Shown: in pieces, positions 26,601 to 40,080 of the stretch
Numbering within the stretch: the stretch's first letter is position 1
How the letters are laid out: every line of letters starts with the position of its first letter
Assembly (NCBI RefSeq): GCF_001194135.2
Contig: NC_069002.1
Span: 33,462,694 to 33,526,693 of the forward strand
Direction: 5' to 3'
DNA from: Octopus bimaculoides
Lineage: Eukaryota
DNA length: 64,000 bases
Notes under the pieces: generated by a model
Told to the model about the DNA's origin: nothing
Databases searched by the model: none
The model's input: only the letters and a program-made list of their open reading frames with translations
Made by a program: the position numbers and the translations under genes

Positions 26601-26715
26601 TATGTATGCAGATGTGATTTTGTAATTTCTTGCATACACATTAGCGATATGATAAATCATCCATAGATGTTTTGGTGAATATATATGTCCTAATAGTCGA
26701 GGTAGCCCGGAATCA

Positions 26716-26796
26716 ACCGAACGAGCTGGCCTAACTGAAGATGGCTAGTGAAATAGCAGAAACTAGCGGGTCGGTGTAAATAATTCTCGGTTCGGT
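26716..26796 (+). ncRNA. Hammerhead-ribozyme-like motif, probably a Penelope-like-element relic
   Basis: CTGAAGA (26735-41), stem II tggcta/tagca, GAAAC (26759-63), GTC (26770-72). Closing stem accgaacgag (26716-25) / ctcggttcggt (26786-96). Stem I is imperfect. Confidence 0.4.
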
Positions 26797-28949
26797 GTGA
26801 TTGCAGCCCCTATCAGAGTATATTATGTGGTCATTGGAGCATTTTAGCGCCTATCTCTAGGAATGTAGGAATTATTCTACATTCTAATAAATCTCTAGGA
26901 ATTAGCCACACCCATAGTCAAATTTAGTTGACGATTCTAATTTTCTTTTAGGGTATAATTTTCTTTTACGGTATAACATTGCAAACAAAATCCTTTATTA
27001 ATGATAATATATATATATATATATATGTGCACACGCTCGAAGGATTTTATATCATAACTTTTCAGTATCCAATGCACGCACCGGAACAGTATTCGTTCTG
27101 ATGGCTAGGGTAAAAGACGCTTGATTATGCAACCTCACCTGCATTTATTCATTTAAATATCTATCCCGCTCTCACATTCATAGTATTCGCTAGCCATACT
27201 GGAGCTTGTATAGTCGATTGCTTTCTATTTTATTTCAATTTGGTGGCCACATTCTAGTCTATAATCACTCTGAATGATATTTTTATTAGTCTATAACCAA
27301 GGTATCACTACAGTTCTGCACTAATCGCCACATCAAAGACGAGGATGTTTTCTCGATCCATTCACCATTCACATTTGTGATGAGGTGCAATAAAAAGTGT
27401 GACATTTTCAAGAAGGTTTAATCTGGTGCTGGATAAAGTAGGTTGGAAGTCGTGTCGTGTTTCGGAGGTGGATGAAAGGGTGGAAAATTTAAATCAGATG
27501 GAAGCTGTGCTCTGGAGGTATTTCTCGTACCAGAATAATGGGGACAGTAACGCGTACAATAGGTTCAAATAGAGTAAAGTCTTACACATAGCGAATTAGG
27601 AAATGGAAGCGAATCTGCCATAATCCATCCAAAATATTCTGCATCACACGAGGATGACGTGTGCATTACAGCTGCTGTAACATCACGAAACAAGCTTTGT
27701 TTGGAAAAGGGCACTGGACCTAATCAGCATAAGTGTGTGTGTGTGTGTGTAGGTGTGCCTGCAGACGCTCTTACATATAGATACGCATATTTATGTAAAT
27801 ATTCGATTGCTTTTGTGAAGTATGTAAATATGTGTTTATGTATTCATATGTATGCAGATATCTATCTATCTATATGTATATCTATCTATGTATATGCATA
27901 AAAGAGAGAGAAACAGACAAAGAGTGAAACCGAATGAATGTGAGAAAGAGAGAGAGATGAGAGAAGACATGTAAGAAAGAGAAGGGAAAATAAATCCCGA
28001 CAGAGTTCACATGCATTATAATATGAATATCGTATAGGATTTACATTTAGTTTCACAGGAGTGTAAATTTATTTATTTGGTATTTATGTAGTATAATAAA
28101 AATTTTCATAATGGATCAGAAGTGATATTTTTAAAACCGAGAAAATCTACGTAATACAATTCAGAGTTAAACTTTTAATATCTGCACACATACAATCACC
28201 GAGGCGCTCACTTTCGCTCCATATCATACTCAGGCATCATGAATTATGCATTGCTGAACTTGGGATCTTGAGAAGAGAATGTTAATCCTTCATTCATATG
28301 CTAGAAATGATTACGATATCTGGGACTATAAAAATCTCCAAGACCTTCTTATAATTGAAAGGGTGAAGGTTAAAAGAAAATACGTTTCTCCACAACCTTG
28401 CTATCAAGTATGTAGTTGCTCGAAATTTCCTCTAAAATTGAAAAGAGGAAGAGAATATTCATGCATATTATACACACAGTTTTTCTCTCTCGCTTACACA
28501 CTCTCACAAACATTGGTATACATAATATCATGCACGCGCAAACTCACATACACACGTATATATATGTTTTAGTGAATTTCAAGCAATAATTTGAAAGTCG
28601 TACGACGTCGTTATATTGAATGTGTTTTGTAGCTGTGTGAGAAAATGGCAAAGTCAAAATGATTGGATATTAAAACATATATGTTTGAAATAAAAGGCAA
28701 TAATGATTTTGTCGCTGGCTTCGCTTTTGATGTTTCATACTATTTGCAGTTGAGATGTCAAAGATATGCAGATCACTATGTATATGGATAGATTCATAAA
28801 ATCGTTGCATTCTCACGCAGATAAATAGATACATAGATAAGTAGACAGATGGATAGATTGATAGGTGTACGCAGAAACTCACTGATTCATACGCACTTAA
28901 GTAGTGGGCTACATACGTAAATACAATGATAAATATACTGACTGAGAGC

Positions 28950-29060
28950 AATATAGGATAGATTGATAGAAAGCTAGATAAAAGGATAGATTGATAGAAA
29001 GATAGACGGAAGGATATATTGATAGAAAGATAGACAGAAGCACAGATTCATAGAAAGACA
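28950..29060. repeat. ~28-bp tandem minisatellite (gatagattgatagaaagatagac.gaag)
   Basis: 3-4 units seen directly. Confidence 0.85.
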
Positions 29061-29321
29061 GAATGATAACTTAATTGGTTAAGAAAAAAATCTCTAGGTA
29101 TAATTAGAGAGAACAGCAATTATATTTCTGTGTGTGTATGTGAATAAATATATTTGTGTGTGTGCGAATATATATTTATATATATATGTGTGTGTGTGTG
29201 TGTCTTTGAATATTCATATATTTGTGTGTGTGCGCGCATCTATATATATAAATATGTGTGTGTGCGTGCGTGTTCACACGTACTGACACATACGTGTAAC
29301 TAGGTAAATATCTATATTCTT

Positions 29322-29500
29322 TTCTACTCTAGGTACAAGGCTCGAAATTTTAGGACAGGTAGACCAGTCGATTAGATCGACCCCAGTACGCAACTGGCAC
29401 TTAATTTATCGCCTCTGAAAGGATGAAAGTCGATCTCGGCGGAATTTCAACTCAGAACATAAAGATAGACGAAATACCGCTAATAAATCCGCCGGGAGTC
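29322..29500 (-). mobile_element. Meta-type SINE copy
   Basis: gtcgattagatcgaccccagtacgcaactggcacttaatttatcg..aaaggatgaaagtcgatctcggcggaatttcaactcagaac. Confidence 0.85.
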
Positions 29501-30030
29501 CTAATGTTTCCAGTATATATATTTATATTTCCAGTATATATATTTATATTTTCAGTATATATATTTATACATACATATGATATATAAGAGTTATTGATTG
29601 GAAGACAGATAATAGCAATTGAAAAAACACAGAAAAACTATTGTTTCATTTCATTATTTATTATTGGGTGTCAGAAATATAAAGTTCTCTCGAGTTAACT
29701 GGTTTTGAGTGCGTGTGCTTTGTTCTGAAATGGCTAATATGTATGTGCCGCTCTATAATTCCATTAGCTTCAACTTGCAGTCTCAGAACAAATTATTTGC
29801 CAGACAAAAAAGTGTATTTTAGCAATTATACACTATATTGCTTTATATTATAATATACACATATATTTCATATATCTGTATATACATGTACATATGTATA
29901 TATACATACATATATATATACTTATATACTTTATATATACATGTGAATATGTATATATACATACATATATATACTTATATACTTTATATATACATGNNNN
30001 NNNNNNATGTATATATACATATATATGCAT

Positions 30031-30079
<49 letters not shown>

Positions 30080-30176
30080 AATATACAGAATTACGTAGAA
30101 AGCTGGTATCTCAGCCACTAGCAGTTGAAACCTGCGTAATATAGATAGTCTTTTTAAATTTCATCATTCACAATTA

Positions 30177-30207
30177 ACCCGGCGTATGACGGGTACTTCT
30201 CTGCTAG
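30177..30207 (+). mobile_element. Helitron-like 3' terminus
   Basis: Hairpin acccg-gcgtatga-cgggt (30177-30194), 9 nt, then CTAG|T (30204-30208). This is the canonical Helitron end geometry; the 5' TC end was not located. Confidence 0.5.
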
Positions 30208-31149
30208 TATGTATGTACGTATTTGTGCATCTGCTTACCATTAACAGAGCTCTAAATACACTAAACGAAGTTGTGAAAAGCTATACAAACCTACCCGTGA
30301 ACAAAACCATTTAATGCATATTCTAACGAAGGCACGTAATTGGAAACGTCGGAGTCACTGTTACCCTTATCGTAATAAATGTTAATAAAATTGCAATCTA
30401 TTCAAAATATTTAACATTCTATCGGTTTAATGCTAAGTTGTTTCAATACACACGCGCACATACACTCAATTATATGTGTGTGAGCGCTTGTATGTGCATG
30501 TGTAAATGTTTGAATGTTTATATGAAGACTTGTAGTAATATATATCCATATGTTTATATTTATATGTTTATAAAACTCTATATGGGTGTGCGTGCGTGTG
30601 TGTATGTACGTATGTGCGACTGGATAAAGCAATATAACATCATTATGCTTCTAATATGGTGGAATCCCATTGGCTGATATTTTGTAATAAAGAAACAACG
30701 TATGTAAGAAGACAATAGATATTTTCGACGTGTCAAAATTGCTTAATACAGTCTTAGATAATGTAGAACTCAGATGCGTGCATATTTAAAATCAGCACCT
30801 GATCAATTGAACTAGTCTTCATACATTGCAAGAAACTAAGAATGGAATTATTTAAAGTGAGAATGTGTTAGTAAAATTGCTGAAAAGGTCGTACCTCCAT
30901 TGGCAACTGGACATATATGGGCATTGCTTAAGAAATTTATGTCTAAATTTTCAGAGACGATTACATGTTTGTCTTTTGAAATCACTTTTCAAAATTAACA
31001 ACTGCAGAAACATATACGTATCTATGGATATGGACATGAATGAGTTGTTTGTTTTATTTCTCTGTGCCTAGTAAGTGTTTAAACAGTAACATTTCTAGTG
31101 AAGACACAAAAATACAAATAAAGATACGTACACCCACTGAGATATATTG

Positions 31150-31390
31150 ATGGATAGAGATATAGGCAGATAGATAGCGAGATCGATAGATAGATAGATA
31201 AACAGACAAATGGATATCTAGACAGCTAGCTAGTTAGCTAAATGGATAGATAGATAGATAGAGGGATAGACAGATAGATAGAGAGATAGATAGAGGGATA
31301 GATAGATAGAGAGAGAGATAGATAGATAGAGGTATATATAGATAGATAGAGGGATAGATAGGTAGAGGGATAGATAGATAGATAGATATA
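31150..31390. repeat. (GATA)n/(GAGG-GATA) microsatellite
   Basis: Seen directly. Confidence 0.92.
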
Positions 31391-32168
31391 TATTCCACAG
31401 TAGTAAGTAGCAGCACGGGCCGAAACGAACGTGGTGCAATACAAACGTTGATACTAAATCTACTTCTTGGTTATTTAAGAAATAGTAATAATGATAATAA
31501 TTATTATTATTGTATATACATATATTGGGCTTCTTTCACCTCTACTAATTCCATTTAAAAGGCTTTGTCAAAATGTAGCGCAAAGGAAGAAGTGAATACG
31601 TACTTCCCACATGTGTAAAATATAATTTTATTCAATCGCTTGTAAATGTAATAGAAAGGAGAGTAAAGCCTCTTTATTAGTATTACTAAGTATTACACTT
31701 TGGAAGCAATCGTGACAACTCCATTCTTATTTGACCTTTTTAGCGAAAACCAAGCCTTTGGCTGATGTCATAACATCGGAAAAGACAAATAATATTAATG
31801 TTTTGTTTAAAAATTGTTTCGTGATACAGGGGTAAAATACGTACTGAAAAATATAATTAATCACTTTGTGTATTTCTGTATCATTAAATTTTTAGCTAAC
31901 GGAATTTCCAGAGTTCACCAACATCCACCATCATATTAATATTTCATTAGCTTATTAGCATTAATAGCATCTATTATTACCCTTCTGGATGTGAAAAGAA
32001 TTGATTAAAAATTACGCTTGCTTGCAACCATACACCCACAACACCGTTGCCAAATTATCCCACGTCACNNNNNNNNNNNNNNNNNNNNNNNNNNNNNNNN
32101 NNNNNNNNNNNNNNNNNNNNNNNNNNNNNNNNNNNNNNNNNNNNNNNNNNNNNNNNNNNNNNNNNNNN

Positions 32169-32209
<41 letters not shown>

Positions 32210-33959
32210 CACTCACATTATAAACAAAAAGCAAAATCAACCCCGTCGGTACGCTGATGCAGAACATATAGAGTTATTCACCACACACATATATACATAT
32301 ATACATATATGCATGTACAGAAATAAATGTCAATACAATGCATAAACGTAAATGGATACATGCATTAACATATAATCGCACACACAAACATACAGAGGAA
32401 GAACACTTGCACTCACACACAGAAAAGACGACCATACATACACAAATCAAATAAACGAGAACAAGCTATATGTTAACGAAATTTATTGATTTAGTTCAGT
32501 GAAGTATAACCGTAAATAGTTTTATATGGATTATATTCCGCTGTTTCGGGTTATTTATTCCTTGTGTGAGTATTCTAATCCATTCCTCATTAGAATTCCT
32601 GAAGGATTAAGGAAACTACTTCGAATATTATTTGATCAACCATCGACTAAAAATATTATTGTTATTGCAATATATCAATTAATTTACGCATTAACTAGTG
32701 TCAGAAATAAAGAAATAAAATAAAACGAAATTGAAGCAAACGAACAATTTTACAATTCTTGCTTTATACCATGGGAAAATTTATAAAATTCCGTGTTTGT
32801 GGAAGCGATAAATAAATGAAATATTGAAATAGTTCATGATTGTATTAAAATTATAATTGAATGTTGTAATTGTGTTTGTATGTGACGATGTTGTTAGTAA
32901 TTTTTCAACAAACTTAAACTAACCTGTTATTTTATTCCTGCACATCTAACTGGCATCGTGTTAAGCGGGGAGTGTTGTCTGCCCGATAAGACAGGAGGGT
33001 TGCATACTTCTAGGTCTAAAACAATTCGAGGAGTCGTATTGGTATTGTAAGCAACGGTTTATAGCATACTCCAATAGTCAGGGCGTTAGAGTGATACAAT
33101 TGAACATGGTTATAGCTATATATATCAAAATATGCAAGGTATGCGTAGGTTAACGGACACAGAAAATTTTCGGATCGGAAAACACCGCAGTGCTGAATTC
33201 CAGACTTGGAATTTTCAGCAGTCGTAAACATATGGATACTGAATTCCTTTTGGCTCATTGGCGATTACCACCCTCTCCAGAATGAAAAGCTGTACTGCAG
33301 ACTCTCAGCCTAATGATTTTTCATTTTTTTGTTTCCTTTTCCTTTCTCCGATTTCCACCCTTCCACCTTTTACAACTACTCCCATCTCGCTTTTTTCCTT
33401 TTGGGAGGCACATCTTCCTGTTATGCCATGTAAACATAGTCTGATGATTGCGCAAAAGAACCAGATGTATTCAAAATTCTGTCTGAGATGTTTTCATCAC
33501 AAAAATATATATTATGTTTATTAAATATTATCTATACCATAGCAGATGGAGTACTCTTTTAATCTTACTACCAGGGAACAATACAGCCTACACCCACCCA
33601 CACACACACACGTTTTGTCCCTATATATATGGACGAGTGAGTCAAATATTGTTTACCGCAGTCCTGACTACTTTCACATACTTGATCTTATATGAATTTT
33701 GTAAGCCGCTTCAAACAATCTATATATACATGCATGCATATATACATACATGTGTGTATGCCTGTGTGTGTATGTGTCTGAGTGTGTGTGTATCTCCATG
33801 TTATGTTATATTCTGCACACATACGGCAGAAATCGAAGGTAACCTAATTCTTTCAGGCAAAAGCACCGAAGGGGGCATTTTAACGGAAGTTTATGTTAGA
33901 CTTATAGCGTCAGCAATACATACACGTTTCACTCACAGTATATATATATATATAATTTT

Positions 33960-34645
33960 ATGAATAATAATGTTCTCTTATATTTATTTATATAATTCTC
34001 ATAGTTCGTTTGTTTCAATGGTGCTTGGTGACTCAAACGAATACAGGAATAACAGTAGTGAATCTTATTAACTGTTACTAGTACATCTGGGTTAAGAAAA
34101 TCGCGTGCCTTCTGCGCTAAATTTGAAATCATGATATCAGATTAACTGACATTCCTTTTGCAGCCTCTGCGAAGGTAAGACAATTCTTATTCGCTTAAAT
34201 TTTTTCGTATCATGCCTGTATTAATTTAGTAACCCTTGTGTGGCTTCGGATTGTTTTGACTCCAATCTTTAAGCAAAGCAGTTGCATATTAGTACCCTAT
34301 TATATATAAATATATTACTATACTTTACGTCTATTTATTAGCATTGCCTAAACGGCATTTATGCTTGCGGCCACTTCCGTTATCATATTTATCAATAATA
34401 ATAATGTGCTTTTATATATATTCGTATACTTCACATACTTCGTTTGTTCCAATGATGCTTGGGCACTCAAACGAACACAGGTATGATAGTAGTGAATCTT
34501 AGTAATTCTTACTCGTAGATTTGGCTGAGGAGAATCATGATATCAGATTAAGTGACGTTCTTACTGCAAATTTTGCAATTACTAACATCATTATTTTTAT
34601 GCTTGCGGCAACTGACGCTGTTATTTTTATGAATAATAATGCTCT

Positions 34646-34650
<5 letters not shown>
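33960..34650. repeat. ~430-bp-period tandem duplication (unit 1 33960-34395; unit 2 34396-34630 with internal deletion; a third unit may start at ~34630 before the gap)
   Basis: Shared aataataatg, ttcgtttgtt.caatg.tgcttgg..actcaaacgaa.acagg, agtagtgaatctta, aatcatgatatcagattaa.tgac, tttatgcttgcggc. Confidence 0.8.
34164..34174 (+). CDS. Candidate 11-nt microexon CCTCTGCGAAG, copy 1
   Basis: Branch-point-like taactgac (34143-50), ccttttgcag acceptor, AAG|gtaaga donor. Confidence 0.4.
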
Positions 34651-34716
<66 letters not shown>

Positions 34717-35510
34717 NNNNNNNNNNNNNNNNNNNNNNNNNNNNNNNNNNNNNNNNNNNNNNNNNNNNNNNNNNNNNNNNNNNNNNNNNNNNNNNNNNNN
34801 NNNNNNNNNNNNNNNNNNNNNNNNNNNNNNNNNNNNNNNNNNNNNNNNNNNNNNNNNNNNNNNNNNNNNNNNNNNNNNNNNNNNNNNNNNNNNNNNNNNN
34901 NNNNNNNNNNNNNNNNNNNNNNNNNNNNNNNNNNNNNNNNNNNNNNNNNNNNNNNNNNNNNNNNNNNNNNNNNNNNNNNNNNNNNNNNNNNNNNNNNNNN
35001 NNNNNNNNNNNNNNNNNNNNNNNNNNNNNNNNNNNNNNNNNNNNNNNNNNNNNNNNNNNNNNNNNNNNNNNNNNNNNNNNNNNNNNNNNNNNNNNNNNNN
35101 NNNNNNNNNNNNNNNNNNNNNNNNNNNNNNNNNNNNNNNNNNNNNNNNNNNNNNNNNNNNNNNNNNNNNNNNNNNNNNNNNNNNNNNNNNNNNNNNNNNN
35201 NNNNNNNNNNNNNNNNNNNNNNNNNNNNNNNNNNNNNNNNNNNNNNNNNNNNNNNNNNNNNNNNNNNNNNNNNNNNNNNNNNNNNNNNNNNNNNNNNNNN
35301 NNNNNNNNNNNNNNNNNNNNNNNNNNNNNNNNNNNNNNNNNNNNNNNNNNNNNNNNNNNNNNNNNNNATATATACACACTATACACACACAATATATATA
35401 TATACATATATATATACACTATACACCCACAATATATATATATATATACACGATACACACGCAATATATATATATATATATATATACATATATATATACA
35501 CGATACACAC

Positions 35511-35555
<45 letters not shown>

Positions 35556-36674
35556 CAGGTAAATGTGCTAGTATACTTTTGGCAGTATAGTTAGCAACAT
35601 GAAATATAGCATATATACAATAATAGTAATTCAGCGTCCATTATTTTGCTTGGTGCTTACAAAGATTGATGAAGTGGATACAAATTTTCCAAAGAAAAAT
35701 AGTAATTAAGTTAAAGACTAATACATATTTCTGAATGAGAATTTAATTGATGTATATTTATGAATGTATAATTAATCTTGTTTCACTTAATACGAACATT
35801 TCCATCTGTGACCAATTAGAATGTATATATTTTTACACATGATCATTCGTTTCCCTAAGATCTAAACTATAGAACTGAAAGCTATATCATCGACGTCACT
35901 GAGCGACATTCTTAAGTACCAAAGATCCCGTCTTCTCCATCTCGAATAAGGACCCAGTACGTAACAGCTTGGGTTTCTAATGTTCAACAGTTTGCGAAGT
36001 GTTTACAACTGTTCAACATTTTCTTGTTGAAGCTAAGAGATTTGCGAAGTATTGATGTAGAGGTTTTCGGAGCGAATTTTAGACTGATGCTATACCACCG
36101 CAGGAGGCACGAAGAAGAGGAGCAATGTTCAATTCGCTACTTCACAAAGAGCAGCGCAATAAAGAATTCTAAGCACGCGAAAAGGCAGACCTCCAGTATG
36201 ACCCCAGCCTCTGGCTGAAGGCATTAAATTAGTACAGAATACGTTTATATGTATGTTTTATATATGCATGCGTGGACATGTGTGTGTGCGCGTGCAGATA
36301 TATCCAAGTATTGACATCTTTGTTACTGCGTGCATACGTGTGTATGTCTGTGTGCATATCTATACATGTATCAAATATGTATGTAAATGGTTGTGTATAT
36401 GTACATGTGTATGTGTGATCAAATCTTTAAAATCATGCATAAACGCTATTTGATGTGAAAATATCCAGTTGGGGGTGTTCAAGTGATAACATTTACATCT
36501 TATAAATTCAAGAAAACCAATGAAAATAAATCCCTGTATGAGTAGACCTGTAGAGAGGAATAATTGACCGAAAAAAGGTAATTAAGAAGAATAAAATCAT
36601 GCAAGAAAAGTCTAATTTTAGACTGCGCTAAATTTGAAATCATGATATCAGATTAACTGACATTCATTCTGCAG

Positions 36675-36685
36675 CCTCTGCGAAG
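36675..36685 (+). CDS. Candidate 11-nt microexon CCTCTGCGAAG, copy 2
   Basis: Identical exon, taactgac branch point, cattctgcag acceptor and AAG|gtaaga donor, inside a ~90-bp block duplicated from 34110-34198. Confidence 0.4.
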
Positions 36686-36749
36686 GTAAGACACAATTCT
36701 TATTCGCTAAAAAAAAAAAAACCTTGACTAAAAAAAAACAAAAAAAACA

Positions 36750-36950
36750 TGGATTCTAGCGTACACAGTCTTTGCCGAACGACCTGCAAAAATCATTTTG
36801 GTTATGCTGTCCAAATGAATGTGCTGCACATAAGCTCACGCTCTCTATCAAGTCGACGTAGCCTGAACGGGTGCACAGTTTACCCCCACCCCCACGTGTC
36901 AAAGTGAACACGGAGCAACATTTAATTGAGTGATTTGCTCAAGAACACAA
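36750..36950 (-). mobile_element. Partial SINE, same family as 26330-26600
   Basis: tgccgaacgacctgc..cgacgtagcctgaacgggtgcac..gctcaagaacacaa. Confidence 0.6.
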
Positions 36951-36987
36951 TGAATAATACCTAAAGAAATAATCTGTCTGTCAGTCC

Positions 36988-37095
<108 letters not shown>

Positions 37096-37582
37096 GTGCG
37101 CGCGCGTGTGTGTGTGTGTGTGTGTGCATGAATGTTTGCTTCTGTGCGAGTATATTTATACAGATATCTTTGTTTACTTTAGGGCCTCCTAATTAGGGTG
37201 CTATATTCACAATCGTGAGATCATGCTTTCGATTCCACGGACGAGTGGTGCATTGTATTCAACACCTGGTGGGTGGTAAACTATACATACATCCATATAT
37301 ATATTTGAATTTTCATCGATGAGTTCATGAACCTTGGTTCTTTTCCATAAAACTATATATATTTATATGATTCTTTAAATGTGTCCGGTTTTAAAGCTGT
37401 TATGTTGAGGTGATGCGCGATACCACAATGTTCGACTGTTGTCAAATATTAGAAGCTCACACCAAATCAGTATTAATCGCTAGTGTTGCGCCTTATAACT
37501 CAAGTCAAACCAACTAATGATATTTCGAAATCGTACGTATTAAATGATTTAAAACCTTAATTTAATTTGACTTCATTATCTC

Positions 37583-37615
<33 letters not shown>

Positions 37616-38214
37616 TATATTGTGCACTTTGTGTGTGTGATTTTGAGGCGAAAATCGATCGGGATCTTTACTCATAAACCGCACGTACAGCAAGATGTGA
37701 ATGCTGTCTGTTCGCGCTTCAACATACTGGATAAGCACAGTTACCAAATACCTGAGCTGACTATTTAGTCACATTTTGTAAATGATATTTTCAGGAACTT
37801 GTCTGAAACAGTATTCTTCTGTCGTATAAGTGCATAGAATGTCTTAGACAAGCGTACATTTTTCAATACATTATATTAAAGTACACTACGTTCAGTTCAT
37901 GAAGTCGCCTTTGTACATTTTGTATTTCATGCAACTCTATTTTTTCAAATGTATATTACTTTTCTTTTCTGTATGTTATAATTTGCTGTTCTTCAACGCT
38001 GTTTCACTGTGATACTGTAAAGAATTTATTGACGAATATACATCTGGACAGCCTATTATACCTGCGACGCGTTTCTTATATAATTCAAGTTGATACTAGA
38101 TAGCATTAGTCATGATTCTACATTCTTCATTGTTTGTTTAACCTAACATTTCCTGAAGGTACAAATTAACACATACCATTATTATTAGTCAGCGTATATA
38201 TATATATATATATA

Positions 38215-38362
38215 TATATGAATCTATATGTATGTATGTATCTATCTATCTACATATCTATCAATCTATCTACGTATCTATCAATCTATCTACGTATCTA
38301 TCAATCTATCTACGTATCTATCAATCTATCTGCGTATATATCTATCTATCTGCGTATATATC

Positions 38363-38370
<8 letters not shown>
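38215..38370. repeat. 20-bp minisatellite (tatcaatctatctacgtatc)n
   Basis: 4-5 units seen directly. Confidence 0.9.
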
Positions 38371-38395
<25 letters not shown>

Positions 38396-39229
38396 TCATA
38401 CACACATACATACACACACACACACACTTAGGAGTTTACATTTCTCATGCACACACATGTGAACACAAACTTGCATGTATATNNNNNNNNNNNNNNNNNN
38501 NNNNNNNNNNNNNNNNNNNNNNNNNNNNNNNNNNNNNNNNNNNNNNNNNNNNNNNNNNNNNNNNNNNNNNNNNNNNNNNNNNNNNNNNNNNNNNNNNNNN
38601 NNNNNNNNNNNNNNNNNNNNNNNNNNNNNNNNNNNNNNNNNNNNNNNNNNNNNNNNNNNNNNNNNNNNNNNNNNNNNNNNNNNNNNNNNNNNNNNNNNNN
38701 NNNNNNNNNNNNNNNNNNNNNNNNNNNNNNNNNNNNNNNNNNNNNNNNNNNNNNNNNNNNNNNNNNNNNNNNNNNNNNNNNNNNNNNNNNNNNNNNNNNN
38801 NNNNNNNNNNNNNNNNNNNNNNNNNNNNNNNNNNNNNNNNNNNNNNNNNNNNNNNNNNNNNNNNNNNNNNNNNNNNNNNNNNNNNNNNNNNNNNNNNNNN
38901 NNNNNNNNNNNNNNNNNNNNNNNNNNNNNNNNNNNNNNNNNNNNNNNNNNNNNNNNNNNNNNNNNNNNNNNNNNNNNNNNNNNNNNNNNNNNNNNNNNNN
39001 NNNNNNNNNNNNNNNNNNNNNNNNNNNNNNNNNNNNNNNNNNNNNNNNNNNNNNNNNNNNNNNNNNNNNNNNNNNNNNNNNNNNNNNNNNNNNNNNNNNN
39101 NNNNNNNNNNNNNNNNNNNNNNNNNNNNNNNNNNNNNNNNNNNNNNNNNNNNNNNNNNNNNNNNNNNNNNNNNNNNNNNNNNNNNNNNNNNNNNNNNNNN
39201 NNNNNNNNNNNNNNNNNNNNNNNNNNNAT

Positions 39230-39742
39230 AACGTAAAGGCAGACGAAGGACTGTTAAGGATTTCGCCCGCCGTGCTAACGTTTCTTATTTCTTTATTGCC
39301 CACAAGAGGCTAAAGAGAGGGGACAAACAAGGACATATAAAGGGATTAAGTTGATTACATCGACTCCAGTGCGTAACTGGTACTTAGTTTATCGACCCCG
39401 AAAGGATGAAAGGCAAAGTCCACCTCGGTGGAATTTGAACACAGAACGTAAAGACAGACGAAATACCGCTAAGTATTTCGCCCGGCGTTGCTAACGTTTC
39501 TGCCAGTTCGCCGCCTTAAATATTCTTTTCTATTCTAGGCACAAGACCCAAAATTGAAATTTTGGAGGAGGGGCCAGTCGAATAGATCGACCCAGTACGC
39601 AACTGATACTTAATTTATCGACCTCAAAAGGATGAAACGAAAAGTCGACCTCGGCGGAATTTGAACGCAGAACGTAAAGGCACACAAAATACCGCTAAGC
39701 ATTTCCCCCGGCGTGATAAATTTTCTGCCAGCTCGCCGCCTT
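39230..39742 (-). mobile_element. Three tandem Meta-type SINE units (39230-39285 partial, 39286-39517, 39520-39742)
   Basis: Two complete cgaccccgaaaggatgaaaggcaaagtc/gaatttgaac.cagaacgtaaag cores, each ending in gccag.tcgccgcc. Confidence 0.88.
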
Positions 39743-40009
39743 ACAATTAAAGAATATTAGGTGATCAGTTCAAATTTTCCATTGAACAACGAAGTGAATT
39801 CTAGTACTAGGTTCATATGGGCATTGATTTATTTGTATTCGTTTTGGTTAATCTCTTATCAACTTTTCGTCCACTCAACCCAAGCATACGACTCGGCTTC
39901 CGGGTTGCGTAACAAAGAAAACTTGAAAAACTTAGATCTTCTCTCTCTCACTAACTGACAAATACAAAAATACAGGTACACACATGCACATGTATCTTCA
40001 CACACACAC

Positions 40010-40055
<46 letters not shown>

Positions 40056-40080
40056 CTTTTATCCTCCAACTTTTGTTTTG

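Noticed and set aside
30895-31001. Minus-strand exon with good splice sites (tttctgcag ... GAG|gtacga)
   Set aside because: Stops in all three frames. It could be a 5' UTR/start exon (MPIYVQLPME, phase 0), but nothing else supports that.
32950-33110. CR1/L2 endonuclease remnant (minus TIGVCYKP..CLIGQTTLP)
   Set aside because: Only two short, weak motif resemblances; too little to call.
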